Assembly (NCBI RefSeq): GCF_006345805.1
Contig: NC_042998.1
Span: 159,650,001-159,714,000 of the forward strand
Reading direction: 5' to 3'
DNA: 64,000 bases
Source of the DNA: Octopus sinensis
Taxonomy: Eukaryota
Shown here: piece by piece, positions 25,702 to 39,884 of the stretch
How the letters are laid out: every line of letters starts with the position of its first letter
Numbering within the stretch: position 1 is the first letter of the stretch
Translations under genes and position numbers: made by a program
Notes under the pieces: model-generated
Told to the model about the DNA's origin: nothing
The model's database searches: none
Seen by the model: only the letters and a program-made list of their open reading frames with translations

Positions 25702-25830
25702 ATTATTCTTATACAAGAATGTTGTTGACAGTGACTTCGAAGTTTCAGCTAGATAAGCCATCATCAGATGATGGCTTAGCTGGCCGAAACTTCAAAGTTA
25801 TTGTCAACAACATTCTTGTATAAGAATAAT
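25702..25830. repeat. 129-bp imperfect palindrome centred on A25766, containing hammerhead core halves
   Basis: Left arm ATTATTCTTATACAAGAATGTTGTTGACAG...GCCATCATC and right arm GATGATGGC...TGTCAACAACATTCTTGTATAAGAATAAT are reverse complements with a few mismatches. Confidence 0.9.
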
Positions 25831-26758
25831 GAAAATAGACAGATAGACAGACAAATATATGTAGGTGGGGGGGGGGATGTACATTTGTGCATGCTTATAG
25901 AAACCAAAAACAAAGAGAAATGCAAAGAAAGAGAAAAAAATAGATACTGATGGGTGGGTGGTGGGGACACAGACAGACAGACAGAGATAGAAGAGAGAAT
26001 GAGACACAGTACAAGAGAAAACGACAAACAGAAAGAGAAACCACATATGTTAGCTACACAACTGTGTAGACAGCACACAGCATGGTATAACCCAAATGGA
26101 AATGACAGACAATATTTCACATGACAACAGAAAAGAGAAAAGAACACCATTTTGTTATTAAAGTTTTTGTAGTGTCATCAATTCAGTTGTTGACACCATA
26201 AGTTTATTGTACATGTGCATACATGCATGTGTGTGTGTGTGTGTGCATGTGTGTATATGTGTGTGCATGCAAGTGTATGTCTATGTGTGTGCGCATGCAT
26301 GTGTGTGCATGTGTGCATATGTGTGTGTATATGCATATGTATGTGTGCACATGTGTGTGTGTATGTTGATTATTTTGAATATTTTCCAAGGGAAATGATT
26401 AAGTTGATTATAATTAATTTGTCAACACACAGCAAAATGGAAGTTTAGCTAAAAAGATATCTAGTTCAAATCCAATTTTATGTATTTATTCAGAGATGAG
26501 ATATTTATCAATGAAACTAATGTAAACATAATGTAGATATATATATTAAAAAATGCTTCATCTCTAAAGTTGGGATTAACAATCCAGAATTATATTCTTA
26601 TTAAGAATTTATTTCAGCTATTTAGAAATTCAAAGTCAAACTTGAGATTTAAGCTTTGTATCTTGAAATACTGAACTGAATGAAATAATTCACACAGGCT
26701 GGCATTCTACTTTTCTGCGTTTCCTTTATATATCAGAAAATAGAATGATTATCTAAAT

Positions 26759-26969
26759 CAGAGATTCTCAACCGGGGTCCATATGGCCCTTGTGGGATCC
26801 ATATAAGATTTTGTTAGTGGCTGTGTGGTAAGTAGCTTGCTTACCAACCACATGGTTCCGGGTTCAGTCCCACTGCATGGCACCTTGGGCAAGTGTCTTC
26901 TACTACAGCCTCGGGCTGACCAAAGCCTTGTGAGTGGATTTGGTAGTTGGAAACTGAAAGAAGCCCATC

Positions 26970-27020
<51 letters not shown>

Positions 27021-27735
27021 TGTGTGTGTATATGTTTGTGTGTGTGTGTGTGTGTCCAACATCGCATGACAACCAATGCTGGTGTAACTTAGCGGTTCAG
27101 CAAAAAAGACCAAAGAATAAGTCCTGGGGTCGATTTTCTCGACTGAAGGTGGTGCTCCAGCATGGCTGCAGTCAAAATGACTGAAACAAGTAAAGGAGTA
27201 AAAGAATAACTTGGTTATACTTCTACAATACACAAAATATTTTTAACAATTTTTGTCTCTATAAATTTCTTAATGATATTTAACTATTAAAATATAATAG
27301 GATTAATAATGTTAATTGCCACATCAGTATGGCTGTTCAATGTCACTATCGTTTTAATCCCATACAGATCTTCCACCAGCTGGTTATAGGTACAGCCTGC
27401 ACCCTGTATATATTGCAAGCATGTGGGTAAACCCCTACCATCCTTCAGCAGATGACAGATTCATGAGACCGAATCGGTTTCAGGCTATTTCTGCTCATCT
27501 TTAGTCACAATCATCCAACCACTACAGAGATAACAGGAGTCTGTTCCAGTCACTGATTTGTAACAAGCCAAGTAGCCAGTTAGAAAATCTCAATAAGAGC
27601 TGAGAGTAGTAACTATACTGACAAGTAATGTTAATCATCAATAAGATTTTTAAACATCAGATGTCTAGGAGGGTCTACCCAAGTAAAATAGGAGTCAAAA
27701 GGGGCTGTAGGCAAAATAATGGTTGAGAAACACTA
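26759..27735. mobile_element. Non-autonomous hAT (Charlie-like) element with 8-bp TSD
   Basis: TIRs CAGAGATTCTCAACC and GGTTGAGAAACACTA. ATCTAAAT occurs at both 26751-26758 and 27736-27743. Confidence 0.8.
26818..27205 (+). mobile_element. SINE family A inserted in the hAT element
   Basis: Recognisable head, internal (TA)n(TG)n and 3' end. Confidence 0.8.
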
Positions 27736-28089
27736 ATCTAAATTGTCATTATCGTCATCATCATCATCATTGTCCTTTTAACATCCACTTTTCCATGCTC
27801 TTATGGACCAGATGGAATTTACTAAGGCAGATTTTCTACAGCTGGATACCCTTCCTGTCACCAACCCTTAGCTGTTGCTCAGTAAGGTGATATTTCCCCA
27901 TGACCAGACATATTTTCATAGAAGATTTGAAATGAAGGGCATGACTTCTATGACCACTTGTTCATGGGTTTCATTAATTCATAGCAGCTGTATAAAGAAG
28001 GCAGTTGAAATACAAAGATCATGTGTCACAAGTTCACATTCACTGGAAATGTTTGGTCATATTTCTGAGTAAGATGTATTCTTCAATTC

Positions 28090-28775
28090 AAGAGTAAGAA
28101 GTAATGATTTTGTGAGAAGTAAGTGCTTTGCTATAAGTGAGTCTGAGAGAAAGAAAAACTATCCATGATCTTTTTGGGTCAGCCTAGACTGGACTGTTGA
28201 GGTTGATATGTTCAAAGTCCAACCTAAATATCAATAAACATCAAAATCTGCAGGAAAATTGTGAGAAAATAAGAAGCCTGACATCTAAAATGCTTCCAAC
28301 AGAGCAAACTCTACTAAAGACACAAAACCAAATGTTTGGCACCAAATGTTCGGCACATAAATCTCATCACCTGGCACAAAGCCACCTTCGTCAGGTGAGG
28401 GATCTTTTGTCTTGTAAGTTATTTGGTAAACTTGCAAGTACTGGTGCCACGTAAAAGAAGCACCCATCACATTCTGTAAAGTGGTTTCTATTAGGAAAGG
28501 GCATCCAGCAGTAGAGTTCGGGAAAGTTCTTGGACTTGTCAGCTCCTGTCAAACAGTCCAACCCATACCAGCATGGAAGATTGGAAGACAGGCATGATGA
28601 TGACGATGGTGGTGGTGGTGGTGGTGGTGGTGGTGGTGGCGGTGGCAGCGGCAGTGATGGTGGTGGTAATGGTGGTGGTGGTGTTGGTGGTGGTGGTGGT
28701 GGTGGTGGTGGTGGTGGTGGTTGTGGTGGTGGTGGTGGTGGTGGTGGTGGTGGTGGTGGTGGTGGTGGTGGTGGT
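28090..28775 (+). mobile_element. RTE-type 3' fragment whose tail has become a (GGT)n array of about 165 bp
   Basis: Terminal motif at 28490-28590, then (GAT)n grading into (GGT)n at 28608-28773. Confidence 0.65.
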
Positions 28776-28964
28776 ATTACAAAAGGCTATGGTCTTCAAA
28801 TCTTTGCATTTTTTTAAAACTAAGATTAAATCAAAAAAAAAAAGAAAAGCAGAAAAAGTTTTGTTTTAGTTATTGTTATCACATAAAATGAAAAGTATGA
28901 AATAAAGATATATGAATATGTGATCATATAAGGTAAATTAAACAATAAACATTCACATTATAGA

Positions 28965-29815
28965 TGCAGGTATGGCTGTGTGGCTAAGAAGTTTGCTTCC
29001 CAACCAAGTTGTCTTGCTTGGCACAGTCTCACTGTGCAACATCTTGGCCATGTGTCTTCTACTATTGCACTGGACTGATCAAAACCTTGTGAGTGGATTT
29101 AGTAGATGGAAACTGAAAGAGGCCCATCATATAGGTGCAGGCATGGCTGTGTGGTAAGAAGCTTGCTTCCCAACCACATGGTCCCAGGTTCAGTCCCACT
29201 GTGTGGCTCCTTGGACAAGTGTCATCTACTATAGCCTTGGGCCGAACAAAGCCTTGTGAGTGGATTTGGTGGATGGAAACTGAAAGAAGCTTGTCATATG
29301 TGTGTGTGTGTGTGTATGTGTGTGTATGTGTGTGTATGTGTGTGTATGTGCATGTGTGTGTGTGTGTGTGTCTTTGTGTTTGTCTCCCCCCACAATCACT
29401 TGACAACCAATGTTGGTGTGTTTACATCCCTGTAACTTAGCAGTTCAGCAAAAGAGACAATAGAATAAGTACTAGGCTTGGGTGACAATTTCTTCAACTA
29501 AAACTCTTTAAGGTGATGCTCCAGCATGGCCACAGTCAAATGACTGAAACATGTAAAAGAATAAAAGAATATATGCATGTATGTGTGTTTTATGTGTGTA
29601 AGTCTTTGTGTATGTTACCCACCACCTCTTGACAACTGGTGTTGGTTTATTTATGTCCTCCTAACTTAGCTGTCTGGTAAAAGATACCAATAGAATAAAT
29701 ACAAGGCCAAAAACAAAAAAAAATAACTACTTGGATCAATTTGTTCCACTAAACCCATTAAGGTGCTGCTCCAGCAAAGCCTCACTCCAATGACTGAAAC
29801 AAACAAAAAGTAAAA
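28965..29815 (+). mobile_element. Nested SINE A within SINE A
   Basis: Outer head at 28965-29130, inner full copy at 29135-29570, outer 3' half at 29575-29815. Confidence 0.75.
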
Positions 29816-30079
29816 GATTGTAGTTTTGGCCGGTATAATCTATAATATGGCAACTTTTCATTTTTATAATTAGTACCACATTTTCTGCAATAGCATTATT
29901 CATTAACACCATAATATTTAAACCAGTCATATCTGGCTCAAATATTCTACAATTTTTGGTTCAAACTGGCCAAATCCAGCCTCTTACTCTAACCTTACAA
30001 TGTCACTCCAGAAATATACAATCATATCACTGAAATCTTGAAGCAACGTGATAATGGATGATAAATTGAAATAAACAAG

Positions 30080-30112
<33 letters not shown>

Positions 30113-31732
30113 TATATTTGACAATAATCTGAAGGCTAAGGGTTTATAAAATACATTTTATCATGAAACATGATGTTAATATATACTATTCTTATAGTGA
30201 TACCAGGAATACAATAATGGTTCATAGAAATCTTTTAAATACTTTTATAGAGTCAGCAATAGTTAAAAATAATGGCACCTCATATTATTTTAGTTCTTAA
30301 ATGTTTGCTGTCACTATTTAGTCATAATAATTTTTGTTTTAAATGAGAAAAAAATGGCTATGAAAAATTGCTCTAAACAGCTGGTTCCTAAAATGGCATG
30401 AAATTGCATATCTCTCAATCAAAATAGAAAAAAGAAAACATTTAAAAACATATTTAAAAAACATAAAAAATTTGATTTGATGCTTCATATCCATTGCAAT
30501 ATTAATCTCCTAAATCTACCAATAGTTCTCTGCCTCTTTTTGCATACCACACACGTGAAGTATTTTAAATTACAATATTATGACTAATGAAAATTACATT
30601 TTTTTTTTTCTCTTTTCTGCTAGGAACAAGTGTAAGCATCGTGACTGAATCATGACTGAAAAACAAACTCATTATTCTAAAAAACTGATTCCAAGCCAAA
30701 ATGACTGTCTTGAATTTCAAAAAGATTTCTTTGTAGTTTGTCAATAAACTTTATTGTCTTATAACAAGATAGAACTCAAAGAGGTCATTATAAAGCAATA
30801 AGAGGAACATTCATCAGAATAATGTTATTATTTTTAAACACTAACATTTATACCCTGGAAATAACGTACCTTTTGATCATCTATCTTGTTTTCTAAACAA
30901 AGAAGAAAACTATATAAATGTTTTTAATTGTATAACCAAAGTAATAGAATGGTAATGTAGTTAGAACATCAGGTAGAATGCTTTGCAGTATTTGTTCCAT
31001 CTCTCAGCAATCAGAATTCAGATCCTACCAAAGTCAACTCTGCCTTTCATCTTTTTCATACTGATAAATCTGAAAAGATGAAAGGCAAAATCCAAATAGA
31101 ACTATTAGTATGTTGGGCAGTGCAGGTAATAACTCCTGAAATGCTTCAAAATGTGCTTTGTAATGCTAAGGATAGATTTGAAATTTGCAGGCTGACATAT
31201 GATCTATAAATTATTTGTTTTGGTATCATAATTAAGTAATAAACAAAATTCTGCCAGTTTTTTAAAAATTTGCCAGATTTCATTGAAATAGATAGTTAAT
31301 TCTGGGATGCCCTATAAAAGTAGCTGAGTACAAAACAGACACATGTGCCCTTAACATAATTCTCAAGCAAAATCAGTGTGTAAGAGACAAAGCTAGATTT
31401 GAAACGCAGGTACAACTGATTCAACAAACTTTCAAGCAGTTTCTATCTATCCAATATCATTCACAAAGCATGGGGTTGACACTTACTCGAGATGCTATCT
31501 TATGGGATTGAACTTGGAGCCTTGTGATTGCAAAGGAAATATTTTAACCATTTAGCAATGTGGTGTCTTTATATATCAACCTCATCATCTTCATTGTCAC
31601 TATTGCCATTGGCAAGGGTAGCATCATCATCAATTTACATCTGTTTTCCATACTGGCATAGGTTCAATGGTTTGACAGGATCCAATGGGTCAGAGGACTA
31701 CATCGCACTCTCTCTCTCTCTCTCTCTCTCCC

Positions 31733-31851
<119 letters not shown>

Positions 31852-32734
31852 CAGGGCGCTGTGAATAAACTGTCATCTAAATTATGTGAAAATGAAAATA
31901 GCACTGACATCTCATTTTAACAGATATATTCACCAAACATACATAAAAATATATTGAAATACTAAAGAGTAAATTTATTTAATAAAATCGCCATTGGCTT
32001 CAACTACGGCCTCCAGACGACTTTGGAATCTCCTGCAACTCTTTTGGACAGTCTCCTTGTTGGTGAATGCTGTCATAATCCTTGTCTTCAGTTCATCTTT
32101 GATGTTACAAGAAGTTTTGTTGGTCTCTCACTCAACTGTACCCCACATATAATAATCAAGTGGGTTGCAGTCTGCGAAATTAGGTGGCCAGATGTTAGGG
32201 GTGATGTGGTTGCAGAAATTGTCAGACAACCATGACTGGGTTCTCCTGCTTGTGTGGCATGGTGCAGAGTCCTGTTACCAGATATAGGGTCTTCCAGCAG
32301 CCACCCTCTTAACCCAGGGCAGCACTACCTTCTCCAGGCATTTGATGTAGTCCTCTGTGTTGAGTCTTAGGCTGTGTGGGAAGATGAATGGAGGCATAAC
32401 GTCATCATCATTAGTGATCATTCAAAATACTATGATGTTGACTGGATGTTTGATTTTTATCACTGTCTGTACATGTCTTCAGATTGCACTGACCTCAGAT
32501 TGACATCCAAACACTCTGAAATGTTCATACTGGAGCTTCTGGCATGAATGTCAAGCAGTACAGTATGTCATTTCCAAATTTTTAGCAAAGTGAATTGCAT
32601 CGTGATGCTGTTTTTCTCACAGACAGTGCCCAACAGACCCTACTAGACTGTGTAGTCGACAAAATGAAAGACAAACAAAGCGCATGCACAAAGTTAAAGA
32701 TATAAAATAGCAACAATTTATCCATCACACCCTG
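31852..32734 (-). mobile_element. Internally deleted DD37D (maT-type) Tc1/mariner element
   Basis: TA-flanked TIRs CAGGGCGCTGTGAATAAACTG and CAGGGTGTGATGGATAAATTG. The minus strand gives W*QDSAPCHTSRRTQSWLSDNFCNHITPNIWPPNFADCNPLDYYMW, with 37 residues between the two catalytic Asp. In-frame stops are present. Confidence 0.85.
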
Positions 32735-32744
32735 TATATAAGCA

Positions 32745-33095
32745 TTTGTCATTAAGAAGCTTGCTCTGCAACCATGTGATTTTGAGTTCATTCCCACAGA
32801 GCAGCACCTTGGGAAGTATCTTCTACTAAAGACCTGGGTCGACCAATGCCTTGTGAATGAATTTGGTACATTGAAACTATGTGACATACCATCGTGTGTG
32901 AGTATGCTTTCGTATTTGTCCTCCCACCATTTGACAGCCAATGTTCATTTGTTTACATCCCTGTAACTTTGTAGTTCAACAAAAGAAACCTAATAGAATT
33001 AGTATCAGTAATAAGAAGTGGGATCAATTTGTTCAACTAAACCCTTCAAGGCAGTGCCCCAGCATGGCCGCATTCTTGTGACTGAAGCACGTAGA
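32745..33095 (+). mobile_element. SINE family A (degenerate)
   Basis: Head, body and 3' motifs match family A. Confidence 0.7.
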
Positions 33096-34139
33096 AAGAA
33101 TGTGCATGTGTGCATGTATGTATGTGTTATCTGTATTTTATTCCCATAAATCTAAAGGGAATTTCAAAATAGGAATAGCGAAGAAAAGTTGTAGAAATAC
33201 ATAGTATCTTCACTATTCTAAGTCCCTTTTCTTGTTTCAAGCATTAGAAATATATTTCAAATACTGGGTTGTGAAGAGAAATATCCTTATCTATAACCTT
33301 TGTTTGAGATATTTCATTCACTTTATTAACTTCACACAGTTTTGGTTACATTTAAAGAAGATAAACTCAAGTTATTTCTTTGAATCCTTTGTAAAATATA
33401 TTAGAAGTTACTCTCTAAATAGGAATTTGTTACAGATATTATTCAATAAAAAAAAAGTACAAGATTATTTTACTAGATAATGTAACACTGCAGTTTAATA
33501 ACTAGAGGGCTGAAAATCTATAATACATTAATATATACAGTAAATAAACCTTTCTGAAGATATTACTATGAAGCAGGCTTCTTTTCTAGTTAACTTGCTT
33601 CAGAAATGGTATCTAATGTTCACCTTACACATTTCTTCTCTTTTCATCACCCACATTGTAACAAACAAGGTCCCACAGTAACCACTAATTCCAGTTCCTT
33701 CCTCTCTCTGGAATTCACTCATGTTTCTCCTGTAGCTCTCAACTTGTACATTATTACATTAATGTTATCAGTTTCTGAATACCAATGAAGGTGATATGCA
33801 CAGTCACATCCTGCAGGCCAAACCAGTAAAAGAAAAAGTAAAATAAAATATGTTACTAACTCATTTCATTGCGAATATTGAAATTCAAAGAATCGTGTAA
33901 TAAATGTCATAAAAATCAAATGATTAACACTGAAATGCAGGGAATTTAAATACATTTATTTTCAGTTGTTAGTTTGTCTTTTATTTCTTTTTTACCTATA
34001 TCTTAATAAAACAATGTTAACTGACTGTCTATTACTATTTTTTCAATATTCTAACACTATCACACAAATAATTGGTGAAATATCTCCTGTATCTTTAGCA
34101 AATTCACTAAATGAGTTAAATAGATTATGTTAAATAGAT

Positions 34140-34897
34140 GCTCTGAGAGTGTAGCTGCTAGAATAAAAATGGGTTGGGCAAAGTTGAGAAGGTTGCTACC
34201 TTTGTTGGTAACAAAGGGCCTCTCTGAGTGAAAGGTAGATTATATGATGCTTGTGTACAAACAGTCATGCTCATGGCAGTGAAACATGGGCTATAACTGC
34301 AGAGGACATGCAAAGGCTTGAAAAAAATGAAGCTAATATGCTCCACTAGATGTGCAATATCAGCATGCACATACAATAGAGTGTAAATGTCTTAAGAGGA
34401 AAATTGAGAATGACCAGATGAAGTGTGCAAGAGAGAAGACGGCACTGGTATGGCCATGTAAATCATATGGACAAGGACAGCTGCATAAAGAAGTGCTGAT
34501 CTCTAACTGTGGAGGGAACCTGTAGAAGAGGTAGACCCAGGTAGACATGGGATGAGGTGGTAAAATATGACCTTCAAACGTTGAGTCTTACAGAGGTGAT
34601 AACAAGTGACAAACTTTTGGTGATTTGTTGTGCTTGAGTAGACATATCAAGCTAAGTGAAATCATAGTCGTGGGTAGTGCCAGTTATACATAAAAGGGAC
34701 CCATGTCAGTGACACATGAAATGCACCCCTGCCAGTGGCGCATAAAAGGCACCGAGTACACTAGGAAGGGCATCCAGCCATAGAAACCAAGCCAAAGCAG
34801 ACTGGAATCTGGTGCAGCTCCCTGGCTTATCAGTTCCAGTAAAACCATCTAACCCATTCCAGCATGAAAAACAGACACTAAATGATGGTGATGATGA
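34140..34897 (+). mobile_element. RTE LINE 3' fragment
   Basis: ARIKMGWAKLRRLLPLLVTKG..GRLYDACVQTVML-like segment, terminal motif and (GAT)n tail. Confidence 0.8.
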
Positions 34898-35647
34898 TCT
34901 TTCTGTGCAGGAAGCTTATTTTATTACTGCTTGTACTATTATCCACTGCTTTCTTAATACTTCAGTTTTACCAGATTCTCTAGCTAGATACCAGCTTTCA
35001 AATGGCTTTCACCATTACATATAAAACAGCTAAATTTTCCTCAAGAGCAAGGGCTACAGTTAACCTCAATGATATCAGTTAAAGCTTTGAATAATTTGAT
35101 AGTTATTGCTTGTTTATGATCCTTATCTGAGACAAAATACTAATACTTAACATAAATTAAATTATCAGAGCCAGATCAACAACAAAATGCAATGATCCAA
35201 TTCAAACAACATTTCCACAATTAACTAAGCCATTTATTAATTATATTTCTAACTTATGCATTTCCATAAACTTCCAAAACAATCAAGATTTTTATACATG
35301 TACAATAGTGGATGGCAGAATTAGTAGAGTATTAAACAAAATATCTAGTGGTATTTGATTGCATTGTTTTATATTCCAAGTTCAAATTTTGTCTAAGTCC
35401 ACTTTAGTTTTCCTTGTTCGAAGATTGAAAGGAATATATTTTACTATACCCTTGAAACCAGTGTCCAAGTATAACTAAAGTTCAATCACTGAAACCCATA
35501 AAAGTCTAGAAGAAAGAATTTTCCACCCATTAATATAATTATCTAGGCTGGGATCACAGCAGTAAGTTTTTACATAATTAATTTTTGTAGTTTGATAATT
35601 AAATGTGATTATATACAATGTTGAACAAGTTAAGAAAAAAATTAAAG

Positions 35648-35794
35648 CAGGTATGAGCAACCTTTTTTGAGAAGTAGACTGCATGAGATGTGGCTTGTCA
35701 TCAGGTGGACCACAAACCTGAAAACTTTCAAGGTAATTTTTTTGTTGGGCATACCATTCAGAAGGTCCTGCAGGTTGCAGACTGCCTATGACTG
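35648..35794. mobile_element. Degenerate hAT-type MITE
   Basis: Ends CAGGTATGAGCAACC and GACTGCCTATGACTG (9/15 match). Flanks AATTAAAG and GTTTAAAG resemble a decayed 8-bp TSD. Confidence 0.4.
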
Positions 35795-36815
35795 GTTTAA
35801 AGGCAAGATGCTGATTATGTAATCCTGTTGTAGTAAATCAATATAACTTAAGAAAACTGCTTAACAGATAATTGTTCTAAAACTGAATCCTGACAAAACA
35901 ACTATCTTCTTTATTTAGGATGAATAACATTACTAATATATTAAGACAATACATGATCAAAAGCTTTAGTGTGTTAGCTATGATAATTTTGTGTGTTGCT
36001 GTTAATAATTTGATTGGCAACTCATGTGCCAAACAGATCTGATTAGTTACAACCAGCGGGCAAAATCTAGTAATATTCTTACTTCTGTTTGATGTCTGAT
36101 AGAAGAAATCTTCTGTTAGGAAGAAACTAATTCAATGAACCAATACAAAGCGAATGCTAGAATATAGGAATTATAAACTGTAACCTTGAGGTAGAAACTA
36201 ACTTACTCTTAAAACTAACAAACTGGAATCCCTCAAAACAATATCTAATACAATTCTGTAACTTCTTGAAACTTTGCAAAACTAAACAATCTTTATGTGA
36301 AATAAGGTTTAATTGTTTAAAATTTAAATTTTTATGAATTTGACATGGCATTTTATATTTTTGCAGTCAATAAAAAAAAACATCAACAGTGTGTCAGTAT
36401 ATATTTGTGGTCATCAACTAGGATAGTACCATACTCTAAGTGGATAACAACAGTATCTCAATTAGGGTAACTTAATGACATAAGAACAACAGTGTAAGAT
36501 TAACAAATTCATAATAAAGAATTACAATACTTACAAAAGATTAGCTACTTGTAAAAAAAATGTTAGTTGAAATGCAGTATTTTTACTTGATATATAAACC
36601 CAAGAAATATGACTTTAGCAGGATATGAACTCAGAATATGAAAAGAATGAAACTAAATACTGTAAAACTAGTTATCTGTACTCTTTTTCCATTCCACCAA
36701 CTTTCATCAGATTTATAATATTGATTTCCTAGATTGGATCAAGGCCAAACATTTGAAGAGAGCAAACAGAACTGATTGAATCAGCTAAGGTCAATTTTAT
36801 TTTATCAACTCAGGA

Positions 36816-36869
36816 GAGATTATTATTATTATCATCATAATTATTATCATCATCATAATTATTATTATT

Positions 36870-36913
<44 letters not shown>

Positions 36914-36931
36914 CATCATCATCATCACCAC

Positions 36932-36982
<51 letters not shown>
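36816..36982. repeat. (TTA)n/(TCA)n compound microsatellite
   Basis: Directly visible. Confidence 0.95.
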
Positions 36983-38204
36983 GCAGTATCTATTTCGAAT
37001 CTTTACACTTTTTTTATGCAATCTTGCACATTCTTTGTGTTATTTTTCAAAAGCACACAAGTTCTTGTGACTCCTGTCAGAATATTTTTTGCAAATTGTG
37101 CTAACACTATTTATCTTTGAATCTAGTCTTTTCTGATCTCACAAACAACAATCCCATATTCCCAAACAATGTCATATCTGGAGAGATGAAAGGAAATGTT
37201 AACCCCATTGAGATTTGAATAAAGAAGAGAAGAAAGAAAAATGTTCTAAGGGATTTTACACTTTCTACCATTCCATATTTCTAAGATACGGTTTTAAAAA
37301 GTACTGGAAGGTTACCTGGCAAAATATTGTACAAAGATTTTTGGCAAGTCAGCCCCTACAGTATTGTGATGTATGGAGATATACTGTTTAAAAACCAAGT
37401 AACACTCATTGTGCAAGAAATAGTAGCAAAATTTTCTTTAAATCACCCTACCAAGCCAATGTCTTAAAGAAGAGTAGGGTGATTGTGGATGGAATACCTT
37501 TGGTAATAAATTTACTCAATCAAAGTTGACCTGGGGTTAAACATTAACCTATTTTTCTATTACAATAGAAATAATATTATTTAAAAATTGTTGATGATAA
37601 TGATGATGATGTTAATGGCTGTCTCTGTTTTTCTTTTGCTGCATTCAGTAAATAAGAAACTTAAATTTCATAGTAATTGGTATAAAAGGGTGTATATATT
37701 TCAAGAAAAGAAGCTGTTTATATTAAAAGATAAACTGAATTCCAAACAAATATATTTTTTTCCTTACATTACAATATAATTTTAAGTATCTCAGTAAAAT
37801 TCTCCAAGGTACTTAAATGATAAATATTGTCAGTAACTTCCTCCAATTTCTCATATCTATAATAAATCTATAATATAATTTATTGATAAAATGGAAATAA
37901 ATGTGTGAGATTTTAGTCACTGACCCTAAACCATATTATGTGATTTATGTTTTTAATATCTCCTCTAAATTTCATCTATTATCTTTACATCTATGATATG
38001 TTCCATCAGTAATGGTAGGGCAAGTAGCTCAATAACAAATATTAGCAGCTATATTTGCAAGAGTTGACTCTTTGATACCAACGTGACTCAAACCATTTCT
38101 GGTTTTATATTAGAAAAGTTGCAGTTAAAAAAATATTCATATTTAAATGAAAGCTTTCCATTATAGTTTTTAAATAAAAACCTATTGTTTAGTTATGTTC
38201 CAAA

Positions 38205-38870
38205 CACCAGGTTTCAAATTTTGGCACAGGGCCAGCAGTTTTTGAAGAGAGGAGGAAATTGATTACATTGACCCCAGTTGACTGGCACTTATTTTATCAA
38301 CACCAAAAGAATGAAAGGCAAAGTCAACCTCAGTGGAATTTGAACTCAGAACGTAAAGAAAGACAGAATACCACTAAACATTTTGTCAGGTATGCTAGTG
38401 GTTCTGCTGGCTCATACTTTATACCAATGTTAATAATGAAAATGTCAGTTACTTTACTAAATACTTCCTAATTTTTTTCTTATTTTCACATATATAATGC
38501 ATTATAGGAATTTAAACTGTTCTCATTATTTGACTGGCAGTGTATTTATTTGTGTATCATGTATGTTTTCCCTGATTTTTAAGATTAAGTGTTAGGAATG
38601 CACATTAGATATGAGACTAAAATGTAACCCACTTTACCCAGTAAAGTTTGTAGCAATCCAGATATAAGTTAAACTTTGAAAGTATTTAAATGGATGTATA
38701 ATGATTTCAAATATTGGTGCAAGGATTGCAACTGGTACTTATTTTATCAGCCCTGAAAGGATGAAAGGCAAAGTCAACCTTGGCAGAATTTCTCAGAACA
38801 TAAAGAGTCGAAAGAAATGCCACTTAGCATTTTATCCAACATACTAACAATTCTGCCAGCTCACCACCTC
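38205..38870 (-). mobile_element. Two degenerate SINE B copies (38205-38415 and 38705-38870)
   Basis: Both carry ATGAAAGGCAAAGTCAACCT...GAATTT...CAGAAC. Confidence 0.7.
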
Positions 38871-39884
38871 GGAAATATAATGAAAGTGTTTATATTCTGC
38901 ATTGCGTCTTTTATAACCTTCCATACTGAAGGTTGAAGGTAATAATTCCACAGGACCCATGTTTGCCAGCAAAATATAGCTCATAAATGTTGATATGAAG
39001 TAATCAGAAAATAAAATTGACATCGATAGCAATAAAATACAGCTTTTATCTAAGCAGAAATTTGTACTGAAATTAGATGATATATATATATATGCCAACA
39101 CAATTTATGTCCCACAAAATTGTATACAAAATATTGGAAGCTTTTTATATGTTGTTTAAGATTCTAACTGAAAAAATTTGAAAAATTATAACTTTCATTT
39201 CCATAATATTGACTTTACAATCTACACTGGTACAGTTCAAAGGTCACTTTCAAATTTGCTTTTTGTTTTATGTAGATGTGAACTTTTAGATTTAATTTCC
39301 ATAGCAATTATAAATCTCACAAAAAATGTTTTTTCGATACATCATAAAAGTATATTATTAAAGAGAGACATTTTTTGCCTAAGATTTCATAGCCTGCAAT
39401 TAGTGATGCACAGTGTATATGAGTACATATTATATATGCCTAAAAACAATACTGTATTTTTTGGTATACAAGTTGATTTTTTTCAGACTAAAATTTACAG
39501 CCAAAAAAATGGTAGGTCAATTTATACACAAAGATGACGATGGGGGACCAAAAATTCCATGTGAAAGACAGCAGGATTTGGAAAGTTAGTAACAATGTTT
39601 GAATATTTACAAATGCACACTACATGCTTACACTATGTACTACTTGTATGCCAGAAGATACAGTACCTTATTTTACCATCTCAAAAGGATTGAAGGCAAA
39701 ATTAAACAAAGAAGATAAAGAATTGTGTCCATTACTCTAATGATTCTGCCTCTCCAATACCTTTGATTATTTCTAAAATATTAATTGAAACATATAAACA
39801 ATTAATATCATTAGAATATATTTGCAGAAGTATTAATGAAATGAGCGTCTCAGTTTTTAAGCCATTATAATTAAACAATGCATG

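Noticed and set aside
30623-30760. Strong plus-strand acceptor with a downstream AATAAA
   Set aside because: All frames stop within 11 codons, and no upstream exon could be supported.
39446-39530. pogo/Tigger-like terminal fragment TACTGTATTTTTTGGTATACAAG
   Set aside because: Only one decayed end was seen, with no matching TIR or TSD.
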